Below, piece by piece: positions 29,187 through 39,515 of a stretch of 64,000 nt of DNA (position 1 is the stretch's first letter; the number at the start of each line of letters is the position of its first letter). The notes under the pieces were generated by a model. It ran no database searches. It worked only from the letters and a program-made list of their open reading frames with translations, and was not told the origin of the DNA. The translations under genes and the position numbers were made by a program. The DNA is from Acidobacteriota bacterium. Its GTDB lineage: Bacteria > Acidobacteriota > UBA6911 > RPQK01 > JAJDTT01. The stretch spans positions 3,424,001 to 3,488,000 of the forward strand of contig CBDCJH010000002.1 of assembly GCA_965217775.1 (NCBI GenBank), in the 5' to 3' direction.

Positions 29187-30248
29187 TCAATTCTCGGACT
29201 CAGGATCGGACTCGGACTCGCTCGGGCGCTTCCTCTTCAGAGAGGGCCGCTTCAACGTCGGACGATCGCCCTTCAAGGTGGGCTCTTCCCGATCGTCCCG
29301 GTCGTTGGTCCGACGCTTCAACGTGGGTCGGGAAGCGCCGCTCTTGGTTCCGCCCTGCCCAGGACGGATCTCCGCACGATCCATCTGAATCAAGCGCGCC
29401 TTCACCCGGTCGAACTCGGACGTGCTGACCACGTACTCGTCCTTGGGGGGCAGATAGGAGATCTCCTCGTTCACCTTGGTGATCCGGTTCTCGAAGGAGG
29501 GGTGAGTCCGGAAGAAGCTGGCGAACTTGCCGGGACGGCTCTTGTTCTTGGCCTGCATCTTCTCGAAAAAGGAGATGAATCCCTGGGGATCGTATCCCGT
29601 GTTCCAGAGATACTGGGTGCCCAGCTGATCGGCTTCGGCCTCCGATTTTCGGGTAATGCCCAGAACCGCCAGGTTCATCCCCAGCCCCAGCCCCTGATAG
29701 AGCGCATACTGAGTCCAGCCCCCGGTGAGGATCAGGGCCGGCAGGGCCGCAAACTGCATGAGGTTGCCCTTGGTCATCCTCTCGGTGGCATGCCGAGCCG
29801 TCACGTGGGCGATCTCGTGGGCCATGACTCCGGCCAGCTCGGCCTCGTCCTCCGCCTCCAGGATCAGCCCCTTGTTCACGAAGAAGTAACCGCCGGGAAG
29901 GGCGAAGGCGTTTACCTCCTCGGAATCGAGCACGCGGATCACGAAGGGAACTTTCGCGTCCGAGTTCTTCACGATAAGTTGGCCCAGCCCGTCGACGTAC
30001 TCGTTCACGACGGGATCTTCCACCAACCGGGCGGTCTGCTCGATCTGCTGGGCGTACTGGGCGCCAATTTGGATCTCCTTCTCCAGCGATATGAAGTTGG
30101 GGAAGATCAGGGCCACCTTCCCGTTGATATCCCGGTTGCCGATATTATCCACATCCTCGTGTTTACGTCCGGAACGCGTCGGCACGTTCAGCAGAAGCAC
30201 CAGGACGATCGTCAAGAAACTCATTGGGATTCTGGTTCTTTTGGTCAT
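29187..30248 (-). CDS. M48 family zinc metallopeptidase (BepA/LoiP-like)
   Basis: VNAFALPGG, HEIAH, EAEAD, THP; basic RPTLK-repeat tail. Confidence 0.88.
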   Translation of the reverse strand: MTKRTRIPMSFLTIVLVLLLNVPTRSGRKHEDVDNIGNRDINGKVALIFPNFISLEKEIQIGAQYAQQIEQTARLVEDPVVNEYVDGLGQLIVKNSDAKVPFVIRVLDSEEVNAFALPGGYFFVNKGLILEAEDEAELAGVMAHEIAHVTARHATERMTKGNLMQFAALPALILTGGWTQYALYQGLGLGMNLAVLGITRKSEAEADQLGTQYLWNTGYDPQGFISFFEKMQAKNKSRPGKFASFFRTHPSFENRITKVNEEISYLPPKDEYVVSTSEFDRVKARLIQMDRAEIRPGQGGTKSGASRPTLKRRTNDRDDREEPTLKGDRPTLKRPSLKRKRPSESESDPESEN

Positions 30249-30383
30249 GTTAGCGCCCTCATGAGAGTTAGGTACTGACATTCAGTATATCCATAGCCAG
30301 GCAGATCTGCCAAGAACGCGCCGGAACCGTCACAACCTTTCCATGTGCGCCGCATCTCTGCTAACTTCCTTCACCATATTCCG

Positions 30384-32075
30384 ATGCTTCCACCAGCTTC
30401 CGGGTTCAATACCTCAGGGCCGCCCGTCTTCCTCGGCGGAGAGATCCGCTCCTGGGCCAAGATACTGACCGCGTCCCAGATGGGGACCGTGGATCGACTC
30501 ACCACCCGGGACTGCGGCCTCCCCAGCCTGCTGTTGATGGAAAATGCGGGGCTGAACCTGTACCAGGTTCTGAAATCCCACTTCGGCGAACGGCTTGCCA
30601 ACCGCTCCACCGTGATTCTCTGCGGCAAGGGGAACAACGGCGGAGACGGTCTGGTCCTGGCGCGCCAATTGGCCCGCCGCGAATCTCCTTCTACGGTGAT
30701 CCTGCTCTGCCGCCCCGGGCAGATGCGGGGAGACGCCGCCGTCCAGCTGAAAGCCTACCGGAAATCCGGTGGAGAGGTGGTGTCCGTGACCTCACGGGAG
30801 GAGTGGGCGGAACTTGCGCCCATCCTCGGCAACTGCACGATCCTGGTGGACGCCCTCCTGGGAACCGGGCTCGGCCGTCCCGTAACCGGACTGCTGGCGC
30901 AAGTGGTTCGGGACGTCAACGGCAGCGGCGCCTTCGTGCTGGCCGTGGACATCCCCACGGGGACGCCCTCCGACGGCATCCGGTCCATCGGACCATCGGT
31001 CCGGGCTCACGCCACCGTCACCTTCACGGCCCCCAAGATCGCCCACATTCTTCACCGGGAGCCGGAGGCGTTCGGGCAGATCTACGTCACTCCTATCGGG
31101 ACCCCGCCCCAGGTGCTGGATACACCGGACCACTTCCTGAACCTGATGATGCCGGACCGGATTCGGGCGGTCCTGCCGGCCCGGAAGACCTTCTCTCACA
31201 AGGGCACATTCGGGCATGTGGCGGTCATTGCGGGAAGCCGGGGCAAGACCGGGGCCGGCGCCTTGGCCTCCCGGGCCGCGTTGAGATCCGGGTCCGGCCT
31301 GGTGACGGGTCTGGCCCCCGACGCCGTCCAACCCCTGATGGCCTCCTTCCTGCCTGAGATCATGACCGAAGGGGTCCCGTCCACGCCCGCTGGAACCTTG
31401 GCCACGTCCGGAATCGATCGCATTCTGGAACTATTGGAGGGCAAGGACGCCGCCGGCCTGGGACCGGGCCTGACCACGGAGCAGGAAACCGTCGACGTGG
31501 TCCGCCGGCTGACCCGCGAGGCCGAGGTTCCCCTGGTCCTGGATGCCGACGCCTTGAACGCCTATGCCGGCCAAGCCCGCGAGTTGGTCAACCTGAAGGG
31601 TCAACCCCTGGTCGTCACTCCCCACCCGGGTGAGTTTGCCCGCCTGACAGACCATTCCATTCCGCAAATTACCGAGAACGGGATCTCCATCGCCCGCGAA
31701 TTCGCCCGGGACCGGATCCTCTGGCTCGTGCTCAAGGGGTTCCGGACCCTGGTGGCGTCGCCCGACGGCCAAGTCTTTGCCTGTCCGCTGGGAAACCCTG
31801 GAATGGCGACCGCAGGAAGCGGCGACGTCCTCACCGGCGTGATCACCTCTTTCCTGGGCCAGTACCGGGCTCAGGCCCGCGTCTCTCCGTCGCAGACCAC
31901 CGACGCCGTCGTCTCCGCCGTCTACCTCCATTCCCTGGCCGGCGACCTGGCGGCCCAACGGCGGGGGATGGAGTCGCTGGCGGCCGGCGACATCATCGAT
32001 CATCTGGGACCGGCCTTCCTCCATCTGCGCGGCCATGGAGGGCGGCGCAACGGCCCGGTGGGAAATGCGGGATAG
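30384..32075 (+). CDS. nnr: Bifunctional NAD(P)H-hydrate epimerase/dehydratase
   Basis: LMENAG, CGKGNNGGDG, DALLGTG, HKGTFG, VLDADAL, TPHPGE, MATAGSGDVL; start uncertain. Confidence 0.9.
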   Translation: MLPPASGFNTSGPPVFLGGEIRSWAKILTASQMGTVDRLTTRDCGLPSLLLMENAGLNLYQVLKSHFGERLANRSTVILCGKGNNGGDGLVLARQLARRESPSTVILLCRPGQMRGDAAVQLKAYRKSGGEVVSVTSREEWAELAPILGNCTILVDALLGTGLGRPVTGLLAQVVRDVNGSGAFVLAVDIPTGTPSDGIRSIGPSVRAHATVTFTAPKIAHILHREPEAFGQIYVTPIGTPPQVLDTPDHFLNLMMPDRIRAVLPARKTFSHKGTFGHVAVIAGSRGKTGAGALASRAALRSGSGLVTGLAPDAVQPLMASFLPEIMTEGVPSTPAGTLATSGIDRILELLEGKDAAGLGPGLTTEQETVDVVRRLTREAEVPLVLDADALNAYAGQARELVNLKGQPLVVTPHPGEFARLTDHSIPQITENGISIAREFARDRILWLVLKGFRTLVASPDGQVFACPLGNPGMATAGSGDVLTGVITSFLGQYRAQARVSPSQTTDAVVSAVYLHSLAGDLAAQRRGMESLAAGDIIDHLGPAFLHLRGHGGRRNGPVGNAG

Positions 32076-32529
32076 CCAGGTCCTTCGCTCCGGCAGCGAA
32101 GAGGAGACACGGCGCATCGGCCTCAGTTTGGGTGAGACGCTGCACGCTCCGCGGGTGGTCCTCCTCTCGGGAGAGCTGGGCGCCGGCAAGACGGTGTTCA
32201 CCCAGGCCTTGGCAGCCGGTTTGGAGGTCGAAGATCTCTCCCTGGTCCGAAGCCCCTCCTTCACCCTGATCAACGAGTACCCGTCGGCTCGCGGTCGCAT
32301 CTACCACGTCGACCTGTACCGCCTGGAGGGAGCGGACGACTTCCATTCCATCGGTCTCGAAGAAATCCTGGAGCAGGAAGCCGTCGTCATCATCGAATGG
32401 GGCGAAAAGCTCGACTTGCCCGTGGACGACCCCCTCCGTATCCGCATCCTGGTGGACCCGGCGAGCGACGACCGCCTGCTGGAAATCGACTTCGGAGAGG
32501 AAAGAGAAGAGCGATTGATGGATCGGTAG
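32065..32529 (+). CDS. tsaE: tRNA threonylcarbamoyladenosine biosynthesis ATPase
   Basis: GELGAGKT, SPSFTL, HVDLYRL, IEW. Confidence 0.93.
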   Translation: MRDSQVLRSGSEEETRRIGLSLGETLHAPRVVLLSGELGAGKTVFTQALAAGLEVEDLSLVRSPSFTLINEYPSARGRIYHVDLYRLEGADDFHSIGLEEILEQEAVVIIEWGEKLDLPVDDPLRIRILVDPASDDRLLEIDFGEEREERLMDR

Positions 32530-32615
32530 TCATCGAACCTGGGGGAGAGTGAGAATCGGCAAAGAGGACCGGAGGCGGGTTCGCAGTTTTCTGAACCGCG
32601 GCGTTTGGTGGGAGT

Positions 32616-33194
32616 GTGAAACCAACACAGGAAACGAGGGAGACCATCGCTGCCGACGACGCTGTTCCGCTGACTCGTTTGTCAGAGTTTTCCGCAATCC
32701 TGCCACCATCTCAATTCTCGGGGTCGACCGCCAGAAACCGATCCGGCCGATCACGGCCCCCCGCATGGGGAAACGCATTCGGCTATCAGCTCCTGGAAGT
32801 CACCTTGACCTGCCTGCTCATCGGCTTCCTGGCCTCGCTGGCCTGGCCGGCCTATCAGCAGGTGCGGGATCATTGGAGACTGTCGCAGGGGTCTCATCTC
32901 TTTCTCTCCCTCCTGGAGCAGGGGCGTGCCGCGGCCATCGGGCGGAATCTGACGGTACAGATCCGAGTCTCAGACGAGGGGGGACGAGCCACGATCGCAC
33001 CGGTAGGGGAAGAGACCGGACATTGGCTGACCCTCCCCAGGGGAGTTCTGGTCGTCCGGAAACCAAACCGCGAAATATCCTTCTATTCCCGAGGGACCGC
33101 CGCTCCGGGCGGGACGTTTGTCCTGGGCAACTCTGCCGGCGAGATCCGCATCGTGATCTCGCCGGCCGGGAGGATTCGATGGCAGAGAGGATAG
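32616..33194 (+). CDS. FimT/GspH-like minor pilin
   Basis: Class III signal G|YQLLE plus hydrophobic helix; C-terminal F..RG.A...ISPAGRIR. Confidence 0.75.
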   Translation: MKPTQETRETIAADDAVPLTRLSEFSAILPPSQFSGSTARNRSGRSRPPAWGNAFGYQLLEVTLTCLLIGFLASLAWPAYQQVRDHWRLSQGSHLFLSLLEQGRAAAIGRNLTVQIRVSDEGGRATIAPVGEETGHWLTLPRGVLVVRKPNREISFYSRGTAAPGGTFVLGNSAGEIRIVISPAGRIRWQRG

Positions 33195-33499
33195 CCGGGG
33201 ACAGCGCCCAGGAGGGGTTCGCCCTGCTGGAGCACCTGATGGCCACAACGATTTTGACCGTCGCCGTCCTTTCCCTGATCCAGACCTTGGCTCTGAACCT
33301 GGGCAACTACGCCGTCATGGAAAAACGGCGCCAGGAAGTTCTTCAACGGTGGAACCGGAGCGAAGAGGCCCGCTCCCGGGAGCCGGAAGGGGAGAGGATC
33401 ATCCTGGTGCCGGACGGACCCTCGTTGTGGCGCCTGAACGTCTCCGGCGCCGAGGACGAGAACGCCTCGAGCTGGGAGGTGCTCCGATCACTACCCTGA
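33179..33499 (+). CDS. PilV-like minor pilin
   Basis: G|FALLE prepilin motif (C-terminal part of ORF 32549..33499). Confidence 0.7.
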   Translation: MAERIAGDSAQEGFALLEHLMATTILTVAVLSLIQTLALNLGNYAVMEKRRQEVLQRWNRSEEARSREPEGERIILVPDGPSLWRLNVSGAEDENASSWEVLRSLP

Positions 33500-33513
33500 A
33501 AGGAGGCGTCCGA

Positions 33514-34116
33514 ATGAGCCCGATTGATTCGCTGGCGGGACCCCGCGGGGTCGAGACGAAAGAGGGGGAATGGGGATTCAGCCTGATCGAGATGCTTCTG
33601 GCCACCGCCGCCTCTGCGCTCCTTTTCTCTCTGTTTCTGGGAGTGTTCGACCAGGCTCAGACCACCGTCACCAATCTCACACGTTTGATGGAGCGGGACC
33701 GGAACCTGATCCTGGCCCCGGTCCTGCTGGGTGGGTGGATCCTGGGAGCGGGCAACCGGGAGTGGGACCGGGCCGGGGACGGAATCCTGATCCAGTCCGG
33801 AATCCTCCGGATCGAGTCCGACCTGGACGGGAAAGACGGGTTTCCCGACGGGCGAGTGGACGGCAATTTCGAGAGCCTGTCGCTCCGCTGCCGGACGGAC
33901 CATTTGCAGCTCAAAAGCGGAGGGGGGAGCTTTCAAGCCGTCCTGAAACACATCCGGCAGTGGGAAATTCTGATGGAAGGACGGTTGCTGACCCTTCGCC
34001 TCACCGGCGCCGTCAGCCCAAACCTGATGCATTGGAAAGGGGACGGAGAGACCGTTGAAACGATCCGATACACGCTTCGGAACTACCGGCCCAACCTCTT
34101 CCCTCCCCGGGATTGA
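33514..34116 (+). CDS. PilW-like minor pilin
   Basis: G|FSLIE prepilin motif; SD AAGGAGG. Confidence 0.72.
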   Translation: MSPIDSLAGPRGVETKEGEWGFSLIEMLLATAASALLFSLFLGVFDQAQTTVTNLTRLMERDRNLILAPVLLGGWILGAGNREWDRAGDGILIQSGILRIESDLDGKDGFPDGRVDGNFESLSLRCRTDHLQLKSGGGSFQAVLKHIRQWEILMEGRLLTLRLTGAVSPNLMHWKGDGETVETIRYTLRNYRPNLFPPRD

Positions 34117-35350
34117 TGAACTCCGGAAAGCGGAATCGGAGGCAGGACTTGCCCTGCTGGCCGCCCTGCTCACGACGGCTCTGGTCGCGACCCTGGTCTG
34201 GGCCCTGAGTGTGCAGAACCTGATCCAGTGGAGGATGCTCCAAGGGGTCGAGGCGCGACTCTACAGCCTGGTCCTGGCCCAGAACGGAATCGAATTCGCG
34301 CGCGGTCTTCTTCCTCTGGTCGATGTCGACGAACTCCTTGCCGGTCCCGACGGTTCCTTCTCCGGAACCGATCTTCCCGAATGGAGAAATCCTCTCCCCT
34401 TTTCGGAGGCTCGCCGTATGGACCCGGAAAGTTGGACACCCGACCGCGACGACGGACTTCCGGCTCGTGACCGGGACCAACTGCTGCCAAACGGTTACTC
34501 GGACCCCGGAGGGGGCCATTTCTACTTGAGGTTTTCCAACAACCCCGAGGAGCCGGCCCACCAGGACCGGGACGGAGTGGTCCTGGTCCGGAGCATGGGG
34601 GTCGCTCCTCTCAAACTGCAGAACCCATTCCTGGCTTCGACCCGCAACAGCGTGACTCTGATCGAATCCCGCCTTCTGCAGGAGACTGCATTTCGACTCC
34701 GGAGCGCGCTCACCCTGGCGGGAGACGACGGAGACTTCCATTGGGCGGGAAGCCAATTTCTCCTGGACGGCGGACACCGGGAGCCGGCCGTTCGGCTCCT
34801 TTCCCTGGGAGGCGATGGACTCGGCACCGAGTTTCTGCGGAACCTCAGTCCGGCCCAAGCCGGCCGGATCCGGGGTGCCGGACCGGAACCTTCTCTCCGG
34901 GACTCGACAGACGCATACCGTGAGGACCCTCGTCATCGTTCCCTTTTCCAAGCTGTCTTCTGGAGACATTTCCAGGATCACCTGCCAGCCCTTTCGGCGG
35001 ACACCGGAATAGTCCATCTACCGGAGGGAGGAACCCTGTCGGGAGCGGTGTCGGGCGTCGTCATCGCCCGAGGGAACCTGATCCTGCAGGGAGACGTCCG
35101 GTTCCGGGGGATCCTGCTTCATCTGGGTGGGGGAGGCGTCATTCTGAAAGACCGTGCCCAGATCGTAGGGGGACTCTGGCTTTCCAACCTGAGTGTGGAC
35201 GGAGAAACGATCCGCGGCGGCTCCTTGAGCCTTCATTTATCGGACATGGCCAGCGTCCGATACGACGCGGATGCCATCCGGTTGGGACTGCGCAGCTTTC
35301 CGCCGACTCAACTGGGCTGGCGGCTCCTCTTTCCGGAGATGAAACTGTGA
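34055..35350 (+). CDS. PilX-like minor pilin
   Basis: G|LALLAAL without Glu5 (PilX/GspK trait), LAQNGIE; last gene of the minor-pilin cluster. Confidence 0.65.
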   Translation: MKRSDTRFGTTGPTSSLPGIDELRKAESEAGLALLAALLTTALVATLVWALSVQNLIQWRMLQGVEARLYSLVLAQNGIEFARGLLPLVDVDELLAGPDGSFSGTDLPEWRNPLPFSEARRMDPESWTPDRDDGLPARDRDQLLPNGYSDPGGGHFYLRFSNNPEEPAHQDRDGVVLVRSMGVAPLKLQNPFLASTRNSVTLIESRLLQETAFRLRSALTLAGDDGDFHWAGSQFLLDGGHREPAVRLLSLGGDGLGTEFLRNLSPAQAGRIRGAGPEPSLRDSTDAYREDPRHRSLFQAVFWRHFQDHLPALSADTGIVHLPEGGTLSGAVSGVVIARGNLILQGDVRFRGILLHLGGGGVILKDRAQIVGGLWLSNLSVDGETIRGGSLSLHLSDMASVRYDADAIRLGLRSFPPTQLGWRLLFPEMKL

Positions 35351-35360
35351 CGGACCGTCT

Positions 35361-36080
35361 TTACCGGCAACTGCCCGAACTCGGTTTTCGGCCCAGGTGA
35401 AGACACGCGATTCCGGCCGAGAGGTTTCGGTGGTGGATCTCCTGGAACCCCGCCCTCTCCAGCAACCGGTCCAGATCCTCGGGCGCGAGGAACTGTCGCA
35501 CCGACCGGGAGAGATAATCGTAGGCTTGACCGTGCCCCGAGATCCAACCGCCCAGTCGAGGCAGCATCCGCACGAAATAGAACAGGTACAGCGACCTGAA
35601 CAGCGGCAAAGTGGGGAGCGTAAACTCCAGGATAGCCAATACGCCCCGGGGCCGGAGGACCCGATGCATTTCGGCCAGACCCCGGCGATAGCTCTCCAGA
35701 TTCCTCAATCCGAAGGCGATGCTGACGGCGTCGAAGGACCGGTCCGGAAAGGGGAGTCTCAGCGCGTCCCCTTCGGTGAATGCAATGCGGCGGCCGCTGG
35801 CGGAACGGGACGCTTTCTGCTTGCCCAAAACCAGCATGGGATGAGAGAAGTCACACGCCACCACCGAACCCACGCCGGAGAGCTCCAGGGCCAGGTCCCC
35901 GGTTCCCGTGCACAGGTCCAATATCCGGGGACCCGAAGGCAGCCGGCCTTCCAGCTCGCGCCTCGTCACCCGCCTCCAACGCCGGTCCACGGACAGGGAG
36001 AGGAGACGGTTCGCCCGGTCGTATCGGGGGGCAATCCGGCCGAACATCCGGCGGATCCGCCCCGATTCCTTGTCCTCCAT
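35361..36080 (-). CDS. ubiE: Menaquinone/ubiquinone C-methyltransferase
   Basis: MF..IAPRYD..N..LS, LDLCTGTGD, AFGLRN, AYDYL..S. Confidence 0.9.
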   Translation of the reverse strand: MEDKESGRIRRMFGRIAPRYDRANRLLSLSVDRRWRRVTRRELEGRLPSGPRILDLCTGTGDLALELSGVGSVVACDFSHPMLVLGKQKASRSASGRRIAFTEGDALRLPFPDRSFDAVSIAFGLRNLESYRRGLAEMHRVLRPRGVLAILEFTLPTLPLFRSLYLFYFVRMLPRLGGWISGHGQAYDYLSRSVRQFLAPEDLDRLLERAGFQEIHHRNLSAGIACLHLGRKPSSGSCR

Positions 36081-36120
36081 CTGTATCCCTGGAACCCCCG
36101 ACGGCAATCCCCGGCGACCG

Positions 36121-37212
36121 CTATTTCACTTGCTTCACTTGGTCCCAGGCCCGCGCCAGGTCCTGGTCTGGAATGTCGTCCCGGATCCGGGTGATCCCGA
36201 TCGCCGCCAGCAACACCACGACCGTGCGTTGATTCCGGCGTTTCTTGTCCCGCTTCATGGCCTCCACGACGCGGCTCGTGGGCACCGTATCGATCGTTGG
36301 CAGAGGCCCGATCTCCCGGATCGACTGCACTGCCCGGTCCCGTGACGCCCGGGACAGGCCGGTGCGCCAATGCGAGAGATGGGCGGCAGCCATCATTCCG
36401 TAGGCCACCGCTTCCCCGTGGGTCACCCCCCGGAATCGGACGGCAGATTCCAGTCCGTGACCGAAGGTGTGTCCCAGGTTCAATATTCGCCGCAGATCGG
36501 ATTCGCGTTCGTCCTGAGCGGTGACCTCAGCCTTGATCCGGCAGCAACGCCGGATCAACTGCTGCATCACCGGGGCCTTCCGGGCTTGAATCTCTTCCAG
36601 CGACGCGTTCAGCCAATCGAAGAATTCGGCGTCCCGGATGAGGCCGTACTTGAACACTTCATAGAGTCCGGACTGATACTCCCGTTGAGGCAAGGAGAGG
36701 AGGGTTTCCGGATCGATGCAGACCAGGCTCGGCTGCCAGAAGGAACCGACCATGTTCTTGGACAGACCGTGATTGACTCCGGTCTTGCCTCCGACTGAAC
36801 TGTCTACCTGAGCCACCACCGTCGTCGGGATCTGGATATGCGGAATTCCCCGCATGAAGGTGGCGGCGGCAAATCCCGCGATGTCCCCGGTCACGCCGCC
36901 GCCCAGGGCCAACAAGGCCGACGAGCGATCCGCGCCCCCGCTCACGAGCTGTCCGTAGATCTGTTCGACGGTTCGAAGCGTCTTGTGGGATTCTCCGTCC
37001 GGTATCAGAATCTCCGACACCCGGAACCCGGAGTCCGCGAGACCCTGCATCAGCCTCTCGCCGTAGAGTTCGTGGACCGTGGGATTGGAGACCAGGAAAA
37101 GCCTCCGGGTCGTCTTGCGGGCGCTCAGCAGCCTGGGGACCTCGGCCAGGAGACCGGGACCGATCAGGATGTCATAGCTGCGGCCGGGAAGGCTGACCTG
37201 AACCGTGTTCAC
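36121..37212 (-). CDS. aroB: 3-dehydroquinate synthase
   Basis: DGE..K, ALGGGVTGD, PTT..AQVDSSVGGKTG, LNLGHT.GH. Confidence 0.95.
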   Translation of the reverse strand: MNTVQVSLPGRSYDILIGPGLLAEVPRLLSARKTTRRLFLVSNPTVHELYGERLMQGLADSGFRVSEILIPDGESHKTLRTVEQIYGQLVSGGADRSSALLALGGGVTGDIAGFAAATFMRGIPHIQIPTTVVAQVDSSVGGKTGVNHGLSKNMVGSFWQPSLVCIDPETLLSLPQREYQSGLYEVFKYGLIRDAEFFDWLNASLEEIQARKAPVMQQLIRRCCRIKAEVTAQDERESDLRRILNLGHTFGHGLESAVRFRGVTHGEAVAYGMMAAAHLSHWRTGLSRASRDRAVQSIREIGPLPTIDTVPTSRVVEAMKRDKKRRNQRTVVVLLAAIGITRIRDDIPDQDLARAWDQVKQVK

Positions 37213-37297
37213 CGGATTCCATTCCTGGTATACGCCGCTTTGGAAAATCGAGCGGGCGTCAAATCGGCTGGTGAGATCTTGGAAAATTGGTCGCGAT

Positions 37298-38281
37298 CTA
37301 ACTCAGCACGCCTTCCAGAGGACTGCTGGCCGTGGCGTAGAGCTTGCGGGGAATCCGCCCCGCTTTGTAGGCCAGACGACCCGACTCCACGGCCAGCTTC
37401 ATGCTCCTGGCCATGGACACCGGATCCTTGGCGCCGGCAATGCCGGTGTTCATGAGGACTCCGTCGATCCCCAGCTCCATGGCCAGAGTGGCGTCGGAAG
37501 CGGTCCCGACGCCGGCATCGACGATGACCGGAACCGAGGCGAACTCCAGGATGATGCGGATATTGTTGGGGTTCTGGATGCCGAGGCCCGAACCGATGGG
37601 GGCTCCCAGCGGCATCACGGCGGCGGCTCCCGCATCCTCCAGCCGCTTGCAGACGATGGGGTCGTCGTTGGTGTAGGGGAGCACCACGAATCCTTCCTTG
37701 ACCAGCACGTGCGTGGCTTCCAGCAAGGCTTCGTTGTCGGGGAAAAGCGTGCGCTCGTCTCCGATCACCTCCAGCTTGACCAGATTCGACAGGCCCGCCT
37801 CCCGGCCCAACCGGGCGTATCGGATTGCTTCGGCCGCCGTGTAGCAGCCGGCCGTGTTGGGCAACAGCCGGTAGCGGTTGGGGTCGATGTAGTCCAGGAG
37901 GGATTCCCGGCTTCGGTCGGATATATTGACGCGCCGCACGGCCACCGTCACCAACTCGGCTCCACTGGCCTCCAGCGCCTGCTCCATCTGGCCGAAGGTC
38001 GCGTATTTTCCCGTTCCCACCAGCAAACGGGAGCGATACTCACGTCCGGCTATGGTCAACGTGTCTTCCACGGCCCCTCCTCCCACGAAATGGACGATTT
38101 CGATCCGATCGCCGCTTTGAATCTCGTGCCCGGCCCACCGGGTCCGGCGGACGATCTGCTCGTTGATTTCGACCGCGACCCGACCCCCGTCCAGCTCCAG
38201 GTCCTGAACCAGATCATGCACGCTTCGGCCCCCGTCCAGCTGGTGCCGGCGGCCATTCAGAACGACGTGGATCTTACTCAT
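37298..38281 (-). CDS. thiG: Fused sulfur carrier ThiS / thiazole synthase ThiG
   Basis: N-terminal ThiS fold ending [10 protein letters not shown], continuing without a stop into [26 protein letters not shown]. Confidence 0.92.
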   Translation of the reverse strand: MSKIHVVLNGRRHQLDGGRSVHDLVQDLELDGGRVAVEINEQIVRRTRWAGHEIQSGDRIEIVHFVGGGAVEDTLTIAGREYRSRLLVGTGKYATFGQMEQALEASGAELVTVAVRRVNISDRSRESLLDYIDPNRYRLLPNTAGCYTAAEAIRYARLGREAGLSNLVKLEVIGDERTLFPDNEALLEATHVLVKEGFVVLPYTNDDPIVCKRLEDAGAAAVMPLGAPIGSGLGIQNPNNIRIILEFASVPVIVDAGVGTASDATLAMELGIDGVLMNTGIAGAKDPVSMARSMKLAVESGRLAYKAGRIPRKLYATASSPLEGVLS

Positions 38282-38527
38282 TTGCCCGTCGATTTCGCTC
38301 CCAGTCTACTACGACGCCGCGCCCATCTGCCAGCCGGACGGAGCCACCGGCGGCAGGAGATCGGCAACTGCGGGAACCACCGTTCGGCTTCGATGCAACC
38401 GCTATCGGTGCCGCTCATTTGCCAGTCGATGTCCACAGCGGATCTTGCCGACTGCCGTTAACTTCGAAGGTAGTCTGTACGACTTGTCTGATTGTTGAAG
38501 ACCTCTTCTCGTTTGAAGAGTTCGTAT

Positions 38528-38685
38528 CAGTCCGTGGTGAAAGTCGCGCGAGCACCGAGACCGTTCCTGCGCCCGCCGGACAAGGCGCGATGAGGGAGCA
38601 TACCGGGAGTATGTGACCGAGTCGCAACGCAGTCCGCCGGGATGCAGGGACGGTCGAATGCCGTGACGACTTTTGCCACGGGCTG
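38528..38685 (-). mobile_element. 158-bp palindromic MITE, copy 2
   Basis: Same TIRs as copy 1; TSD GTAT at 38524-38527 and 38686-38689. Confidence 0.92.
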
Positions 38686-38909
38686 GTATGCTTCGGGGAG
38701 GAAAATCCGGGCGGATATGATCTCCGCCATGGGGATTACAACTCGAAAATCCTCATACGCCAATCCGGATGACCCTTCAAGGGATTTCCAGATCACAGGA
38801 GCATACGTGGTGGTGATTTCCAACTCCTGCTTGTCTTTATCGCGAAAGCCGCCAGCCATTGGTACGAGTTCGATGTCACCCTCACCCTGGCTTCCGATTC
38901 CGCTCTTGA

Positions 38910-39067
38910 CAGTCCGTGGTGAAAGTCCCGCGAGCACCGAGACCGTTCCTGCGCCCGCCGGACAAGGCGCGATTCGGGTGCATACCGGGAGTATGTGCCC
39001 GAATCGCAACGCCGTCCGCCGGGATGCAGGGACGGTCGAATGCCGTGATGACTTTTGCCACGGGCTG
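38910..39067 (-). mobile_element. 158-bp palindromic MITE, copy 3
   Basis: Same TIRs; TSD TTGA at 38906-38909 and 39068-39071. Confidence 0.92.
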
Positions 39068-39515
39068 TTGAGGGCAAAGCCAATGTAGACCTTCCTGCTA
39101 TTCAGGGCGATCTCAACCAGCTTCTGATCCTCGATAGATTCCGCGACCAGTAGCTCGATGAGGTCTCCATCTCTTTCCGCTGCACGTCGAGCCGCCTTTT
39201 CTTCGTTGTAGAAACGGTTGCCGGCAAACGGTAGCGCGATTCCTAAAAAGGCACTCAGAAAAATGGCCGTAGAAGAGTAAGGGATTGAATCGTACGACTT
39301 CCACGCCAAGTCTATCCAGGGCAGAAAGTAGTTCAGAGGAAGAACGACCAAGTGTGCAATAGCCGCCAGGATGCCGCCGGAAACCGTGGCCCGGAAGAAG
39401 ACATGGTAACCGGAATCACGCAGAGCGTCGTAACGTGTGAAGTGGAGATGGGTCAGAAACCAGTATCCACCAAGAGTCGAGATGAGAAACAGGCCAAGAC
39501 CCAAGGGAAACAGTT

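Larger units (their letters stand above)
38458..39504 (-). pseudogene. Hypothetical membrane protein disrupted by two MITEs, with a TnpB element at its ribosome-binding site
   Basis: N-terminal TM helices; lower GC; removing both MITEs restores one ORF ending PEAYELFKREEVFNNQTSRTDYLRS* at 38458. Confidence 0.65.

Noticed and set aside
38282-38457. TPP riboswitch upstream of thiS-thiG
   Set aside because: No CTGAGA core or TPP aptamer pattern on the minus strand
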